Below are positions 48,023-56,330 of a stretch of 56,330 nucleotides of DNA, in pieces (position 1 is the first letter of the stretch; each line of letters starts with the position of its first letter). This stretch comes from Vulcanimicrobiota bacterium (GTDB lineage Bacteria > Vulcanimicrobiota > Xenobia > Xenobiales > JADMJV01). The notes beneath the pieces are model-generated. The model worked only from the letters and a program-made list of their open reading frames with translations. It was not told the origin of the DNA and made no database searches. The stretch lies in assembly GCA_017307785.1 (NCBI GenBank), contig JAFKGI010000012.1:128001-184330 (forward strand), given 5' to 3'. The position numbers and the translations under genes are program-made.

Positions 48023-49541
48023 CCTCCACCTCACTGCGCCGCGTCGCCCAGGCCGGAAACGGAAACGTCACCACCAGCGGCAACGGCACTTCCGGCTGAG
48101 CCACAATCATCGTCCCCGGCGCCAACAACGTCGCCCGCCGCCGCAAACTCTCGCCCAACCAGGCATACTGCTCGCGCGCCGCCTCCGCCGATTCCAAGCG
48201 GCCCACCACGCGCAGCGCCGAATTCCCCACCACCCGCTCCTCCACTTGAGAAGCCGTCTGCTCCGCCCCTACCAGCACCACTCCCAGACTACGCCCGCGT
48301 TCGGCCACATCCAACAACATCTGACGAATGGCATCGCCTCCATCGCGAGGCGCATACTTATTCAACTCGTCCACCATCAAATAGGTGGTGGGAAACCCGT
48401 CCGGCATCGACTCCCGCGCCAGAAACACCGTCTGCAGAACCGCCCCCAGCACAAAGGCCCTGGCCCGATCCGAAAGCCGATGCACATCCACCACATTCAT
48501 CTGCCCCTCAAACGGATCAAACCGCCCCTCGGCCCCGACCAATCCCGCAATCTGCGGACCCAACGCCTTCAAACGCCGCGCCAACGCCCGCCGAGTCGGC
48601 GTGGTCACATTCTCATACCACTTGCTATCGGCCTTGCCAGACTCCGCAATCAAAAACTGCACCAGCCCCGCCATATCGCTCACCGACTGCCCACCCAGCA
48701 ACAAACCAGAACCCTCGGAAACGGACGCAGCCTCACGCAAACACTCCAGCAACCGCTCCACTCCGAATTCCATCACCCCGGTCTGTTCCGTATCCGCCAG
48801 CAAATAGCGCAAAAACTCCCGTTCGGCAAACTCGCGCAACGTCCACAACGGCCGGCTCACCCCATGAAAAACAACCTCAGAAAACGGCTCGCATGGCAAC
48901 TCCAACTGCTCATAAACCGCCCGCTGCTCCGCGCTCAAGCGGGCATTCGGACGATCCAAATACAACAAATCATCGCCCTTCACATTGAACAAAATGGCCC
49001 GCGAATTTCGCCCCGCCTCGCTCTGAAACAAGCTGTAGAGCAAAAACAAAGCATAACTCGTCTTGGTGGCCACCCCGGAAATCCCGGCAATGTTCACGTG
49101 AGCCCCCTTCACCCCGGAAAGAAAGTCCACATTCGCATAGGCCGCCATCCCATTTCTCATCACCCCAACCGGAATACGCCGAGTCATCGAATCAAAGCGC
49201 ATCGCCCAATTCACATTTGCCACCGAACAACGCTTTACCGACATCCCTGGCAAGGGCGGCAAATAAACCTCCGGATACGTCCGAATCACTCTCACCAAAG
49301 CCCGATAATGCTTGCCCACCCCGATGGCATCCACCACCCCGAAATGCCCCACCCAGCCCACATTCTCTACCTTCCGCCAGGTCTCCACCACCGCCCCCAG
49401 CTCCAGCTCCTGCGGCGAACGCACCTCCACCGTAAACTCCAGCGGCGACGCCACCGGCCGCGCGGAAACAACCATCGGAAACCCTGCATCATCACTCATC
49501 CCCGCCCATTCGCCCCGCCCCCTCAGACCTCCCGCGCCCAA
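47976..49541 (-). CDS. Gene C: HerA/DUF87-like P-loop ATPase
   Basis: N-terminal barrel-like region, P-loop variant HVNIAGISGVATKTSYAL, Walker B TTYLMVDELNKYAP (cf. HerA hhhDEAHxxxP). 47-nt convergent overlap with gene B. Alternative starts at 49499 or 49475. Confidence 0.55.
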   Translation of the reverse strand: MGAGGLRGRGEWAGMSDDAGFPMVVSARPVASPLEFTVEVRSPQELELGAVVETWRKVENVGWVGHFGVVDAIGVGKHYRALVRVIRTYPEVYLPPLPGMSVKRCSVANVNWAMRFDSMTRRIPVGVMRNGMAAYANVDFLSGVKGAHVNIAGISGVATKTSYALFLLYSLFQSEAGRNSRAILFNVKGDDLLYLDRPNARLSAEQRAVYEQLELPCEPFSEVVFHGVSRPLWTLREFAEREFLRYLLADTEQTGVMEFGVERLLECLREAASVSEGSGLLLGGQSVSDMAGLVQFLIAESGKADSKWYENVTTPTRRALARRLKALGPQIAGLVGAEGRFDPFEGQMNVVDVHRLSDRARAFVLGAVLQTVFLARESMPDGFPTTYLMVDELNKYAPRDGGDAIRQMLLDVAERGRSLGVVLVGAEQTASQVEERVVGNSALRVVGRLESAEAAREQYAWLGESLRRRATLLAPGTMIVAQPEVPLPLVVTFPFPAWATRRSEVEVKVRSRLVAPPELPG

Positions 49542-49582
49542 AGCAGGGCCAAGAAACCCAATTCCCGAAAGCCAATTCCCTC

Positions 49583-52500
49583 ATGGCGGGTGGAGCAAAT
49601 TTCGGATTCCTGGAACAACACGATCCCCAGCTCATGCACCTGGCCCAGCGCGCCGAACGCTACCTGGCCGACGACCCCAACACCTGCCTCATCAAATTGC
49701 GCCAATTCGGCGAATTGCTCATCAAGCACGTAGCCGCCCAGCACCGCCTTCAGGAAGCCGAGAACTTCGCCGCCACCATCCATCTGCTCCAACGCGAAGG
49801 CGTCCACGCCAGCGTCATTCAGGGCTTCCACGACCTGCGCCGGGCCGGCAATGACGCCGTCCACGGCTTCCGCGGCGACCACCAAGAAGCACTGCTCAAA
49901 CTCAAAACCGCCCGCGCCATGGGCACCTGGTATCACCGCGTCACCAAAGACCGCAGCTTCGAACCCGGCCCCTTCGTCCCGCCCCCCAGCGACGACGAAC
50001 AACTCCAGCAACTCCAGGACCAGCTCCAACAAGCCCTGCTGGAAAAACAACGCGCCCAGAACGTCGCCGAAACCGAAGCCCAGGCCCGCGCCCAGGCCGA
50101 ACTCAAAGCCTTGCAGGCGGCCGAAGAAGCCGCCAGCTGGAAAAGCCTGGCCGAAGAAACCACCTCACCAACCCCTGTGGCCACCGTCCCCCTCGAGGAG
50201 CTCAAAACCGCCACCGCCCAACAACCCCTCGACGAAGACGAAGCCGACACGCGCATCAAAATCGACGCCCAACTGCGCGCCGCCGGCTGGCAGGTGGACA
50301 GCGTCGAGCTCCGCTACGCCAAAGGCGCCCGCCCCCAGCAAGGCAAAAGCCTGGCCATCGCCGAGTATCCCACCCCCAAAGGACCAGCCGACTACGTCCT
50401 CTTCCTGGGCCTCACCCCGGTCGCCATCGTCGAGGCCAAGCGCAAAACCAAAGACGTCTCGGCCAGCCTGGAACAAGCTCGCCGCTATGCCAAAGCCCTG
50501 CCCGACCCCATCCCCTTCCTCTTTGCCACCAACGGCCGCCCCTACCTCAGACAGCTGATCGAGAAAAGCGGCGTCTGGTTCCGCGACGAACGCCGTCCCC
50601 AAAACCGCGCCCACGCCCTCAAAGACTGGTACACCCCCAAAGGCCTGGAAGCTCTACTCGCCCAGGACCTCGACCAGGCCCACCAAAAGCTCGAAAAAGA
50701 GCCTTTCGCCTACCTGCAACTACGCGACTACCAGATCCAGGCCATCCAATCGGTGGAAGCCGCCATCGCCGAAGGCAAACAGGACATCCTGCTGGCCATG
50801 GCCACCGGCACCGGCAAAACCCGCACCGCCATCGGCCTCATCTACCGCCTGCTCAAAAGCAAACGCTTCCGCCGCATCCTCTTCCTGGTCGACCGAACCG
50901 CCCTGGGCAACCAGAGCTTCAACGCCTTCGAGCACTTCCGCCTGGAACAAAACCAGACATTCACCGAGACCTACGACGTCAAGTCCCTGGGCGACGTCAC
51001 CCCCGACGAAACCACCAAAGTCCACATCGCCACCATCCAGGCCACCATCCAACGAGCCCTGGAAAGCGACGAGGCCAACGCCCCCGTCGACCAGTACGAC
51101 TGCATCCTGGTCGACGAATGCCATCGTGGCTACAGCCTGGATCGCGAACTCACCGACAACGAGCTCACCTACAAAAACGAGCAAGACTACATCTCCCAAT
51201 ACCGCCGCGCCCTCGACCACTTCGACGCTGTGCGCATCGGCCTCACCGCCACTCCCGCCCTGCACACCACCGAAATCTTCGGCCCGCCCATCTTCCTCTA
51301 CAGCTACCGCCAGGCCGTCATCGACGGCTACCTGGTCGACCACGAACCCCCCCTGCAAATCGTCACCAAACTTGCTCAAGATGGCATGGTCTGGCCCGCC
51401 CAGTCAGAGATGCTCCTCTACAACACCCAAACCCAAATGCCAGAAACCACCTGGCTACCCGACGAAGTCAAAATCGACCTGGAAAAGTTCAACAAGACCG
51501 TCCTCACCGAGAACTTCAATCAGGCCGTCTGCCAGGAACTGGCCCGCCACATTGACCCCACCCTGCCCGGCAAAACCCTGGTCTTCTGCGCCACCGACCT
51601 GCACGCCGACATGGTCGTACGCCTGCTCAAAGAAGCCTTCGAAGACGCTCCCGAACAGGCGGTCGTCAAAATCACCGGCGCCTCCGACAAACCCAACGAA
51701 CTCATCCGCCGCTTCAAAAACGAACAATACCCCAGCGTGGCCGTCACCGTCGACCTGCTCACCACCGGCGTCGACGTCCCGCAGATCTGCCACATCGTCT
51801 TCCTGCGCCGCGTCAAAAGCCGCATTCTCTACCAACAAATGATCGGCCGCGCCACCCGCCTGTGCAAAGACTTCCTCAAAGAAAGCTTCCACATCTACGA
51901 CGCCGTCGAACTCTACAAAGACATGGACGAGTTCTCCGACATGAAGCCGGTGGTGGTCAACCCCAAAACCACCGTCGAGCAGCTGGTGCGCGAACTCACC
52001 ACCGCCCCCGAAGAGGCCCGCCACGAAGTCTTAGACCAGCTGCTCGCCAAACTCCAGCGCAAAAAACGCAGCCTCCAGGGCAACACCTTCCAAGAACTCG
52101 CCGGCCAGACCTTAGCCGACCTCATCGAGCAACTGCGCGGCCAGACCCCCGAACAAGTCGCCACCTACTTCGGCGAACGCTTCGCCCTGGTCAGCTACCT
52201 CGACACCCACAAACCCAACCCCGCCCTCTATGTCGTCTCCACCCACGAAGACGAAGTCGCCTACACCGCCCAAGGCTTCGGCCCCGGCAACCAGCCCCCG
52301 GCCGACTACTTAGAAGGCTTCGCCCACTTCATCCAACAAAACCTCAACGAAGTCGCCGCCCTCACCCTGGTCACCCAACGCCCCAGAGACCTCACCCGCG
52401 AAGACCTCCGCCAATTACGCCTCCTCCTGGATAACGCCGGCTTCTCCGAAACCCAACTCAAAGCCGCCTACCGCAGAACCACCAACCAGGACATCGCCGC

Positions 52501-52801
52501 CAGCATCATCGGATTCATCCGCCAAAAAGCCCTCGGCTCCCCCCTCATCCCCTACGAAGAACGCGTCGACAAAGCCCTCAAAAAGGTCCTCTCCACCCGC
52601 CCCTGGACCGACCCCCAACGCAAATGGCTCGACCGCATCGCCAAACAGCTCAAAAAAGAAGTCATCGTCGACCACCACGCCCTCGATCAAGGCGAATTCG
52701 CCGCCCACGGCGGCTTCCAAACCATCAACAAAAAACTCGACGGCCAGCTCGCCAACCTCCTGGCCCAGTTCCAAGACGCCATCTGGGACGACGTCGCCTG
52801 A
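49583..52801 (+). CDS. hsdR: Type I restriction enzyme R subunit with DUF4145-like N-terminal domain
   Basis: EADTRIKIDAQLRAAGW (HsdR N-motif), LLAMATGTGKTRTAI (Walker A), ILVDECHRG (DECH), helicase C-domain QMIGRATR. About 200 aa N-terminal extension: FGFLEQHDPQLMHLAQRAERYL... Confidence 0.9.
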   Translation: MAGGANFGFLEQHDPQLMHLAQRAERYLADDPNTCLIKLRQFGELLIKHVAAQHRLQEAENFAATIHLLQREGVHASVIQGFHDLRRAGNDAVHGFRGDHQEALLKLKTARAMGTWYHRVTKDRSFEPGPFVPPPSDDEQLQQLQDQLQQALLEKQRAQNVAETEAQARAQAELKALQAAEEAASWKSLAEETTSPTPVATVPLEELKTATAQQPLDEDEADTRIKIDAQLRAAGWQVDSVELRYAKGARPQQGKSLAIAEYPTPKGPADYVLFLGLTPVAIVEAKRKTKDVSASLEQARRYAKALPDPIPFLFATNGRPYLRQLIEKSGVWFRDERRPQNRAHALKDWYTPKGLEALLAQDLDQAHQKLEKEPFAYLQLRDYQIQAIQSVEAAIAEGKQDILLAMATGTGKTRTAIGLIYRLLKSKRFRRILFLVDRTALGNQSFNAFEHFRLEQNQTFTETYDVKSLGDVTPDETTKVHIATIQATIQRALESDEANAPVDQYDCILVDECHRGYSLDRELTDNELTYKNEQDYISQYRRALDHFDAVRIGLTATPALHTTEIFGPPIFLYSYRQAVIDGYLVDHEPPLQIVTKLAQDGMVWPAQSEMLLYNTQTQMPETTWLPDEVKIDLEKFNKTVLTENFNQAVCQELARHIDPTLPGKTLVFCATDLHADMVVRLLKEAFEDAPEQAVVKITGASDKPNELIRRFKNEQYPSVAVTVDLLTTGVDVPQICHIVFLRRVKSRILYQQMIGRATRLCKDFLKESFHIYDAVELYKDMDEFSDMKPVVVNPKTTVEQLVRELTTAPEEARHEVLDQLLAKLQRKKRSLQGNTFQELAGQTLADLIEQLRGQTPEQVATYFGERFALVSYLDTHKPNPALYVVSTHEDEVAYTAQGFGPGNQPPADYLEGFAHFIQQNLNEVAALTLVTQRPRDLTREDLRQLRLLLDNAGFSETQLKAAYRRTTNQDIAASIIGFIRQKALGSPLIPYEERVDKALKKVLSTRPWTDPQRKWLDRIAKQLKKEVIVDHHALDQGEFAAHGGFQTINKKLDGQLANLLAQFQDAIWDDVA

Positions 52802-52886
52802 GGAGGCTCGACTCGTCAAAAGAGATTGTCTACACAATGTGTAGACAATCTTAGCGGGTAAGCCCCTACAACTTCGACTGGTCCAA

Positions 52887-53258
52887 TTAAGCCGAGGCCC
52901 CGCGATTCTTTCTGGGGAGACCGGTGAACTTCTTCAGCAACGAAGGTTCTTCCAAAAACTCCAGAATTCGCGCAGCCGAGCGCGACGGATTTCGAAGCCC
53001 CTGCTCCCAACTACTGACCGCGTCCGTCGACACCCCCACCACTCGAGCAAGAAACGCCTGACTGTAACCCAGCTGCTCGCGCAGCTGCCGAACGCCCGCT
53101 GCACCATAAACCTTTGGAGGATCAGGCACTTCGACTTCTCGCGTTTTCAGGCTGATCTTGCCCTGCTCGAAAGCCAGAACCTCCTCGAGCCCCTGCAGAA
53201 TCTCGCTAGCAACGCTAGAGCGTTTTTTCATCGTGACCACTCCTTCTTTTGACTTCAA
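52887..53258 (-). CDS. HigA-like antitoxin (XRE-family HTH)
   Basis: LREQLGYSQAFLARVVGVSTDAVSSWEQGLRNPS helix-turn-helix. Lies downstream of and overlapping the toxin gene. Region GC is lower than the surroundings. Confidence 0.7.
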   Translation of the reverse strand: MKSKEGVVTMKKRSSVASEILQGLEEVLAFEQGKISLKTREVEVPDPPKVYGAAGVRQLREQLGYSQAFLARVVGVSTDAVSSWEQGLRNPSRSAARILEFLEEPSLLKKFTGLPRKNRGASA

Positions 53259-53583
53259 GTTGTATCGCTTCCGCCAGAGAACGAAAGGCCTTTTTGTCGT
53301 CTGAACTCAGGTCGTCGCATTCATCCTTACTGTAGAGCGTGAGGAGATAGATTCTTTTAGCCGCAACAATCGGCAGATAGACGATGCGCAAACCGCTGCG
53401 CTTACCTTTGCCCCTGGCGCTCTCCGCCCATCGAATCTTGCGTATGCCACCACACCCCGGGATAACGACTCCAACCTCCGGATTCCTGACCAGCTCCTCC
53501 TGAAACCTGGCAAACTCGTCATCTCGCGACATCAGCTTGAGAAGCTTCTGCGTAAAGATGCGAGTTTCTACAAAAAGATACAC
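53215..53583 (-). CDS. HigB-like (RelE/ParE superfamily) toxin
   Basis: GKGKRSGLRIVYLPIVAAKRIYLLTLYSKDECDDLSSDDKKAF matches the GKsGGyRvIY...IYLLxIYxKxExxDLs killer-protein motif. The toxin-first gene order is HigBA-like. Confidence 0.65.
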   Translation of the reverse strand: MYLFVETRIFTQKLLKLMSRDDEFARFQEELVRNPEVGVVIPGCGGIRKIRWAESARGKGKRSGLRIVYLPIVAAKRIYLLTLYSKDECDDLSSDDKKAFRSLAEAIQLEVKRRSGHDEKTL

Positions 53584-53896
53584 CCCGAACTATACGACAA
53601 AGTCGCACAGATTGCCTACCGTCCCTGTAATATCCGGACTGCCCGGATCGTCTAAGAAAATGAGAAAACTACAAACGGAGGCGATCGTGAGACCACGCGT
53701 TGGACTAAATAGAGCGATAGCAAACACTTCCCCAGAGGAAGCTGAGCAGAGATTGGCGGCCAGGGGCCTCGATCTCGAACAATACCGCGCCGAGTCCCGC
53801 TCTCACGCCCGTACGAGGGCCGGCGGATTTGCTGGCGCGTCTTGCTGTGCAGCCTCCCCTTGCAGGACTAAGCCCGCCAACGCGAATCCCCGCCCT

Positions 53897-55303
53897 ATGT
53901 CACTCGTCGCCCCAACCCAAGACATCGTCGCCAAACTCTGGAACCTCTGTCACGTCCTGCGCGACGACGGCATCACCTACCACGAATACGTCACCGAGCT
54001 CACCTACCTGCTCTTCCTCAAAATGGCCCAGGAGACCAAAAAAGAAGACCAGTTGCCGCCCCACTACCGCTGGGCCGACCTCGCCTCCAAAGACGGCATC
54101 GAACAGCTCGACTTCTACCGCGCCATGCTCCTCCACCTCGGCACCGACTCCGAGTCCCCCCGCGTGCGCGCCATCTTTGCCAACGCCAACAGCGCCCTGC
54201 GCGCCCCCAAAAACCTCAAAACCCTCACCGACAGCATCAACAGCCTCGACTGGTACAGCGCCCGCAGCGAAGGCCTCGGCGACCTCTACGAAGGCCTGCT
54301 CGAGAAGAACGCCAACGAAACCAAATCCGGCGCCGGCCAATACTTCACCCCAAGACCCCTCATCGACACCATCGTCCACCTCATGGATCCCCAACCCGGC
54401 GAACTCATCCAGGACCCCGCCTCCGGCACCGGCGGCTTCCTCATTGCCGCCAACCGCCACATCCGCGAAAAAACCGACGACCTCTTCGAACTCAAAGAAG
54501 ACCAACAATACTTCCAGCGCAACCGCGCCATCTACGGCATGGAACTCGTCCCCGACGTCCAACGCCTCGCCCTCATGAACCTCATGCTCCACGACCTCGA
54601 CTCCGACATCACCCTCGGAGACGCCCTCAGCCCCGACGGAGCCAACCTCCCCAAAGCCGACCTCATCCTCACCAACCCACCCTTCGGCTCCAAAAAAGGC
54701 GGCGGCCTCCCCACCCGCGACGATTTTACCTATCCCACCTCCAACAAACAATTAGCCTTCCTCCAGCACATCTACCGAGGACTAAAACCCGGAGGCCGCG
54801 CCGCCGTCGTCCTCCCCGACAACGTCCTCTTCGAAGGCAACGTCGGCGCCAAAATCCGCGCCGACCTCATGGAAAAAACCAACCTCCACACCATCCTCCG
54901 ACTCCCCACCGGCATCTTCTACGCCCAAGGAGTCAAAACCAACGTCCTCTTCTTCACCCAAGGAACCCCCACCACCACCACCTGGATCTACGACCTCCGA
55001 ACCAACATCCCCCAATTCGGCAAACGCACCCCCCTCACCCGAGGCCACTTCGCCGACTTTGAAACCGCCTACCACAACCGCACCGATCAAGGAGAAACCG
55101 GCCGCCTCCGCCCCTACACCCGCGACCAGATCCGCGACCGCGGCGAAAACCTCGACATCACCTGGCTCCGCGACGAAAACGCCGACCACGCCGACGACCT
55201 CGGCGAACCCGCCGAGATTGCCGCCGAGATCATGTCGAATCTCCGGACCGCAATGGAAGAAATGGAAGCGCTGATGGAAGCTCTTGAGGGTGGCAAAAGT
55301 TAA
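53897..55303 (+). CDS. hsdM: Type I restriction-modification N6-adenine DNA methyltransferase subunit
   Basis: N-terminus IVAKLWNLCHVLRDDGITYHEYVTELTYLLFLKM parallels EcoKI HsdM. FTPRPLIDTIV (motif I region), LILTNPPFG (NPPF, motif IV). The upstream extension in the ORF track is rejected. Confidence 0.9.
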   Translation: MSLVAPTQDIVAKLWNLCHVLRDDGITYHEYVTELTYLLFLKMAQETKKEDQLPPHYRWADLASKDGIEQLDFYRAMLLHLGTDSESPRVRAIFANANSALRAPKNLKTLTDSINSLDWYSARSEGLGDLYEGLLEKNANETKSGAGQYFTPRPLIDTIVHLMDPQPGELIQDPASGTGGFLIAANRHIREKTDDLFELKEDQQYFQRNRAIYGMELVPDVQRLALMNLMLHDLDSDITLGDALSPDGANLPKADLILTNPPFGSKKGGGLPTRDDFTYPTSNKQLAFLQHIYRGLKPGGRAAVVLPDNVLFEGNVGAKIRADLMEKTNLHTILRLPTGIFYAQGVKTNVLFFTQGTPTTTTWIYDLRTNIPQFGKRTPLTRGHFADFETAYHNRTDQGETGRLRPYTRDQIRDRGENLDITWLRDENADHADDLGEPAEIAAEIMSNLRTAMEEMEALMEALEGGKS

Positions 55304-56330
55304 TGGATGCAACGGAGAGCCTGCATGAGAGCATCCAACAAAACCTTGGCCAAGATTTGCCTCCAATCCCCAAACACTGGTCGTGGGCGACGGCAGACCA
55401 AGTATGTCTCAACAAAATTTCCTCGGGGGGGACTCCAACCGGTCGGATGACGCAGGACGGACAGGTTCCATTCCTCAAAGTCTATAATCTGACGTTTACT
55501 GGAGAATTGGACTTCACTCGAGAGCCCACATTCATCGACTTTGAAACCCACGAAAAGGTCTTAAAAAAGTCCCGTCTATTGCCTGGCGACGTCCTGATGA
55601 ATATTGTTGGCCCCCCCTTGGGCAAAGTCTCTATCGTTCCCGACGACTATCCAGAGTGGAACATGAACCAGGCCATCGTGTTCTTCCGGACCTCTCACCT
55701 CTATTCGAACAAACTGCTCTGTCTTTGGCTCAGAGGCGAGTTTGCGAAGAAGTTCTTTGGCCAGGAAGCAAAAGCTACCGCCGGGCAGTACAATGTTCGA
55801 ACTTCCAAATGCCGGCAGCTACCGATTCCGGTCCCGCCAGCGGACGAGCAACGCCGCATCGTCGCCCGCATCGAAGAACTCACCGCTCGCAGCAAAACCG
55901 CCAAACAAGCCCTCCAAGCCATCCCCCCCCTCCTGGAAAAATTCCGCCAATCCGTCCTGGCCGCTGCCTTCCGCGGCGACTTGACCGCCGACTGGAGGTT
56001 GAAGAACGTAGGCACCCCCTCTGCGGATACATTTCTTGCTGGGGTTCGGGAAGAGCTTGCAAGGAACCGGCTCGATAAATCTCAGGCAAAACGTAGCAAC
56101 GATGATCGGCAATTGTTGGGACCAGCAGGCTCTCCAGCACTGCCAACTGGATGGGCATGGGCCAAGCTGGAAGACATTACGTATAATCTTGACGGGCGCA
56201 GGATCCCGTTGGTAGCTAGCGAGCGCGCGAAGCGCCGCGGTCCTTATCCCTACTACGGAGCATCGGGTGTCATTGATGGACTAAATGACTTCATCTTCGA
56301 AGGTCCGCATCTACTTGTAGCAGAGGATGG
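55303..56330 (+). CDS. hsdS: Type I restriction-modification specificity subunit, 3' end beyond window
   Basis: TAATG overlap with hsdM. Target-recognition domain followed by the conserved central coiled-coil PVPPADEQRRIVARIEELTARSKTAKQALQ, then a second TRD starting PALPTGWAWAKLEDI. Confidence 0.85.
   Translation, partial: MDATESLHESIQQNLGQDLPPIPKHWSWATADQVCLNKISSGGTPTGRMTQDGQVPFLKVYNLTFTGELDFTREPTFIDFETHEKVLKKSRLLPGDVLMNIVGPPLGKVSIVPDDYPEWNMNQAIVFFRTSHLYSNKLLCLWLRGEFAKKFFGQEAKATAGQYNVRTSKCRQLPIPVPPADEQRRIVARIEELTARSKTAKQALQAIPPLLEKFRQSVLAAAFRGDLTADWRLKNVGTPSADTFLAGVREELARNRLDKSQAKRSNDDRQLLGPAGSPALPTGWAWAKLEDITYNLDGRRIPLVASERAKRRGPYPYYGASGVIDGLNDFIFEGPHLLVAED

Noticed and set aside
1-56330. 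Search for tRNA, rRNA, IS elements or integrase that might mark a mobile island
   Set aside because: No GGTTCGAATCC-type T-arms, no rRNA-like segments and no transposase or integrase ORFs were seen. The defence cluster has native-like GC apart from the HigBA patch.

Overview
The window is a 56.3 kb stretch of high-GC (~65%) bacterial chromosome. Secretion and envelope markers (ComEA, PilZ, lipoprotein signal peptides, IspG, two-component proteins) point to a Gram-negative organism. About 55 genes are packed on both strands.

The 5' two thirds is mostly housekeeping and accessory metabolism:
- thiolase, a BCCP-like biotin protein, a HAD hydrolase, a TusBCD/DsrEFH sulfur-relay trio, IspG, HppD, Prs, Pgi and a metallophosphoesterase;
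- a hybrid histidine kinase, a receiver protein and a GAF protein.
This is interleaved with an unusual set of proteases:
- a 3'-truncated S8 subtilisin;
- a clostripain (C11)-like protein whose catalytic His and Cys are substituted;
- a met-zincin HExxHxxGxxH metalloprotease;
- two calpain-like Cys/His/Asn proteases, one with an EF-hand and one with a Q/N/M-rich prion-like N-terminus.
A PTPVGA-type coding repeat array lies at 29.68-30.16 kb. It shows a frameshift at a G-run and an 8-C tract, and it separates two open reading frames.

The 3' third looks like a defence island:
- two divergent Vgb-like beta-propeller lipoprotein genes;
- a three-gene module, described below, that I cannot assign to any described defence system;
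- a type I R-M locus (hsdR with a DUF4145-like N-terminus, hsdM, partial hsdS) interrupted by a low-GC HigB/HigA-like toxin-antitoxin pair.

The three-gene module consists of:
- gene A, an internally duplicated protein with a degenerate plus an intact TOPRIM-like module of the Spo11/TopoVI-A/JetD type;
- gene B, its single-module paralogue;
- gene C, a convergent HerA/DUF87-like ATPase.

I found no rRNA, tRNA or CRISPR array. All calls rest on motifs read directly from the sequence and the ORF track. No database search was run.
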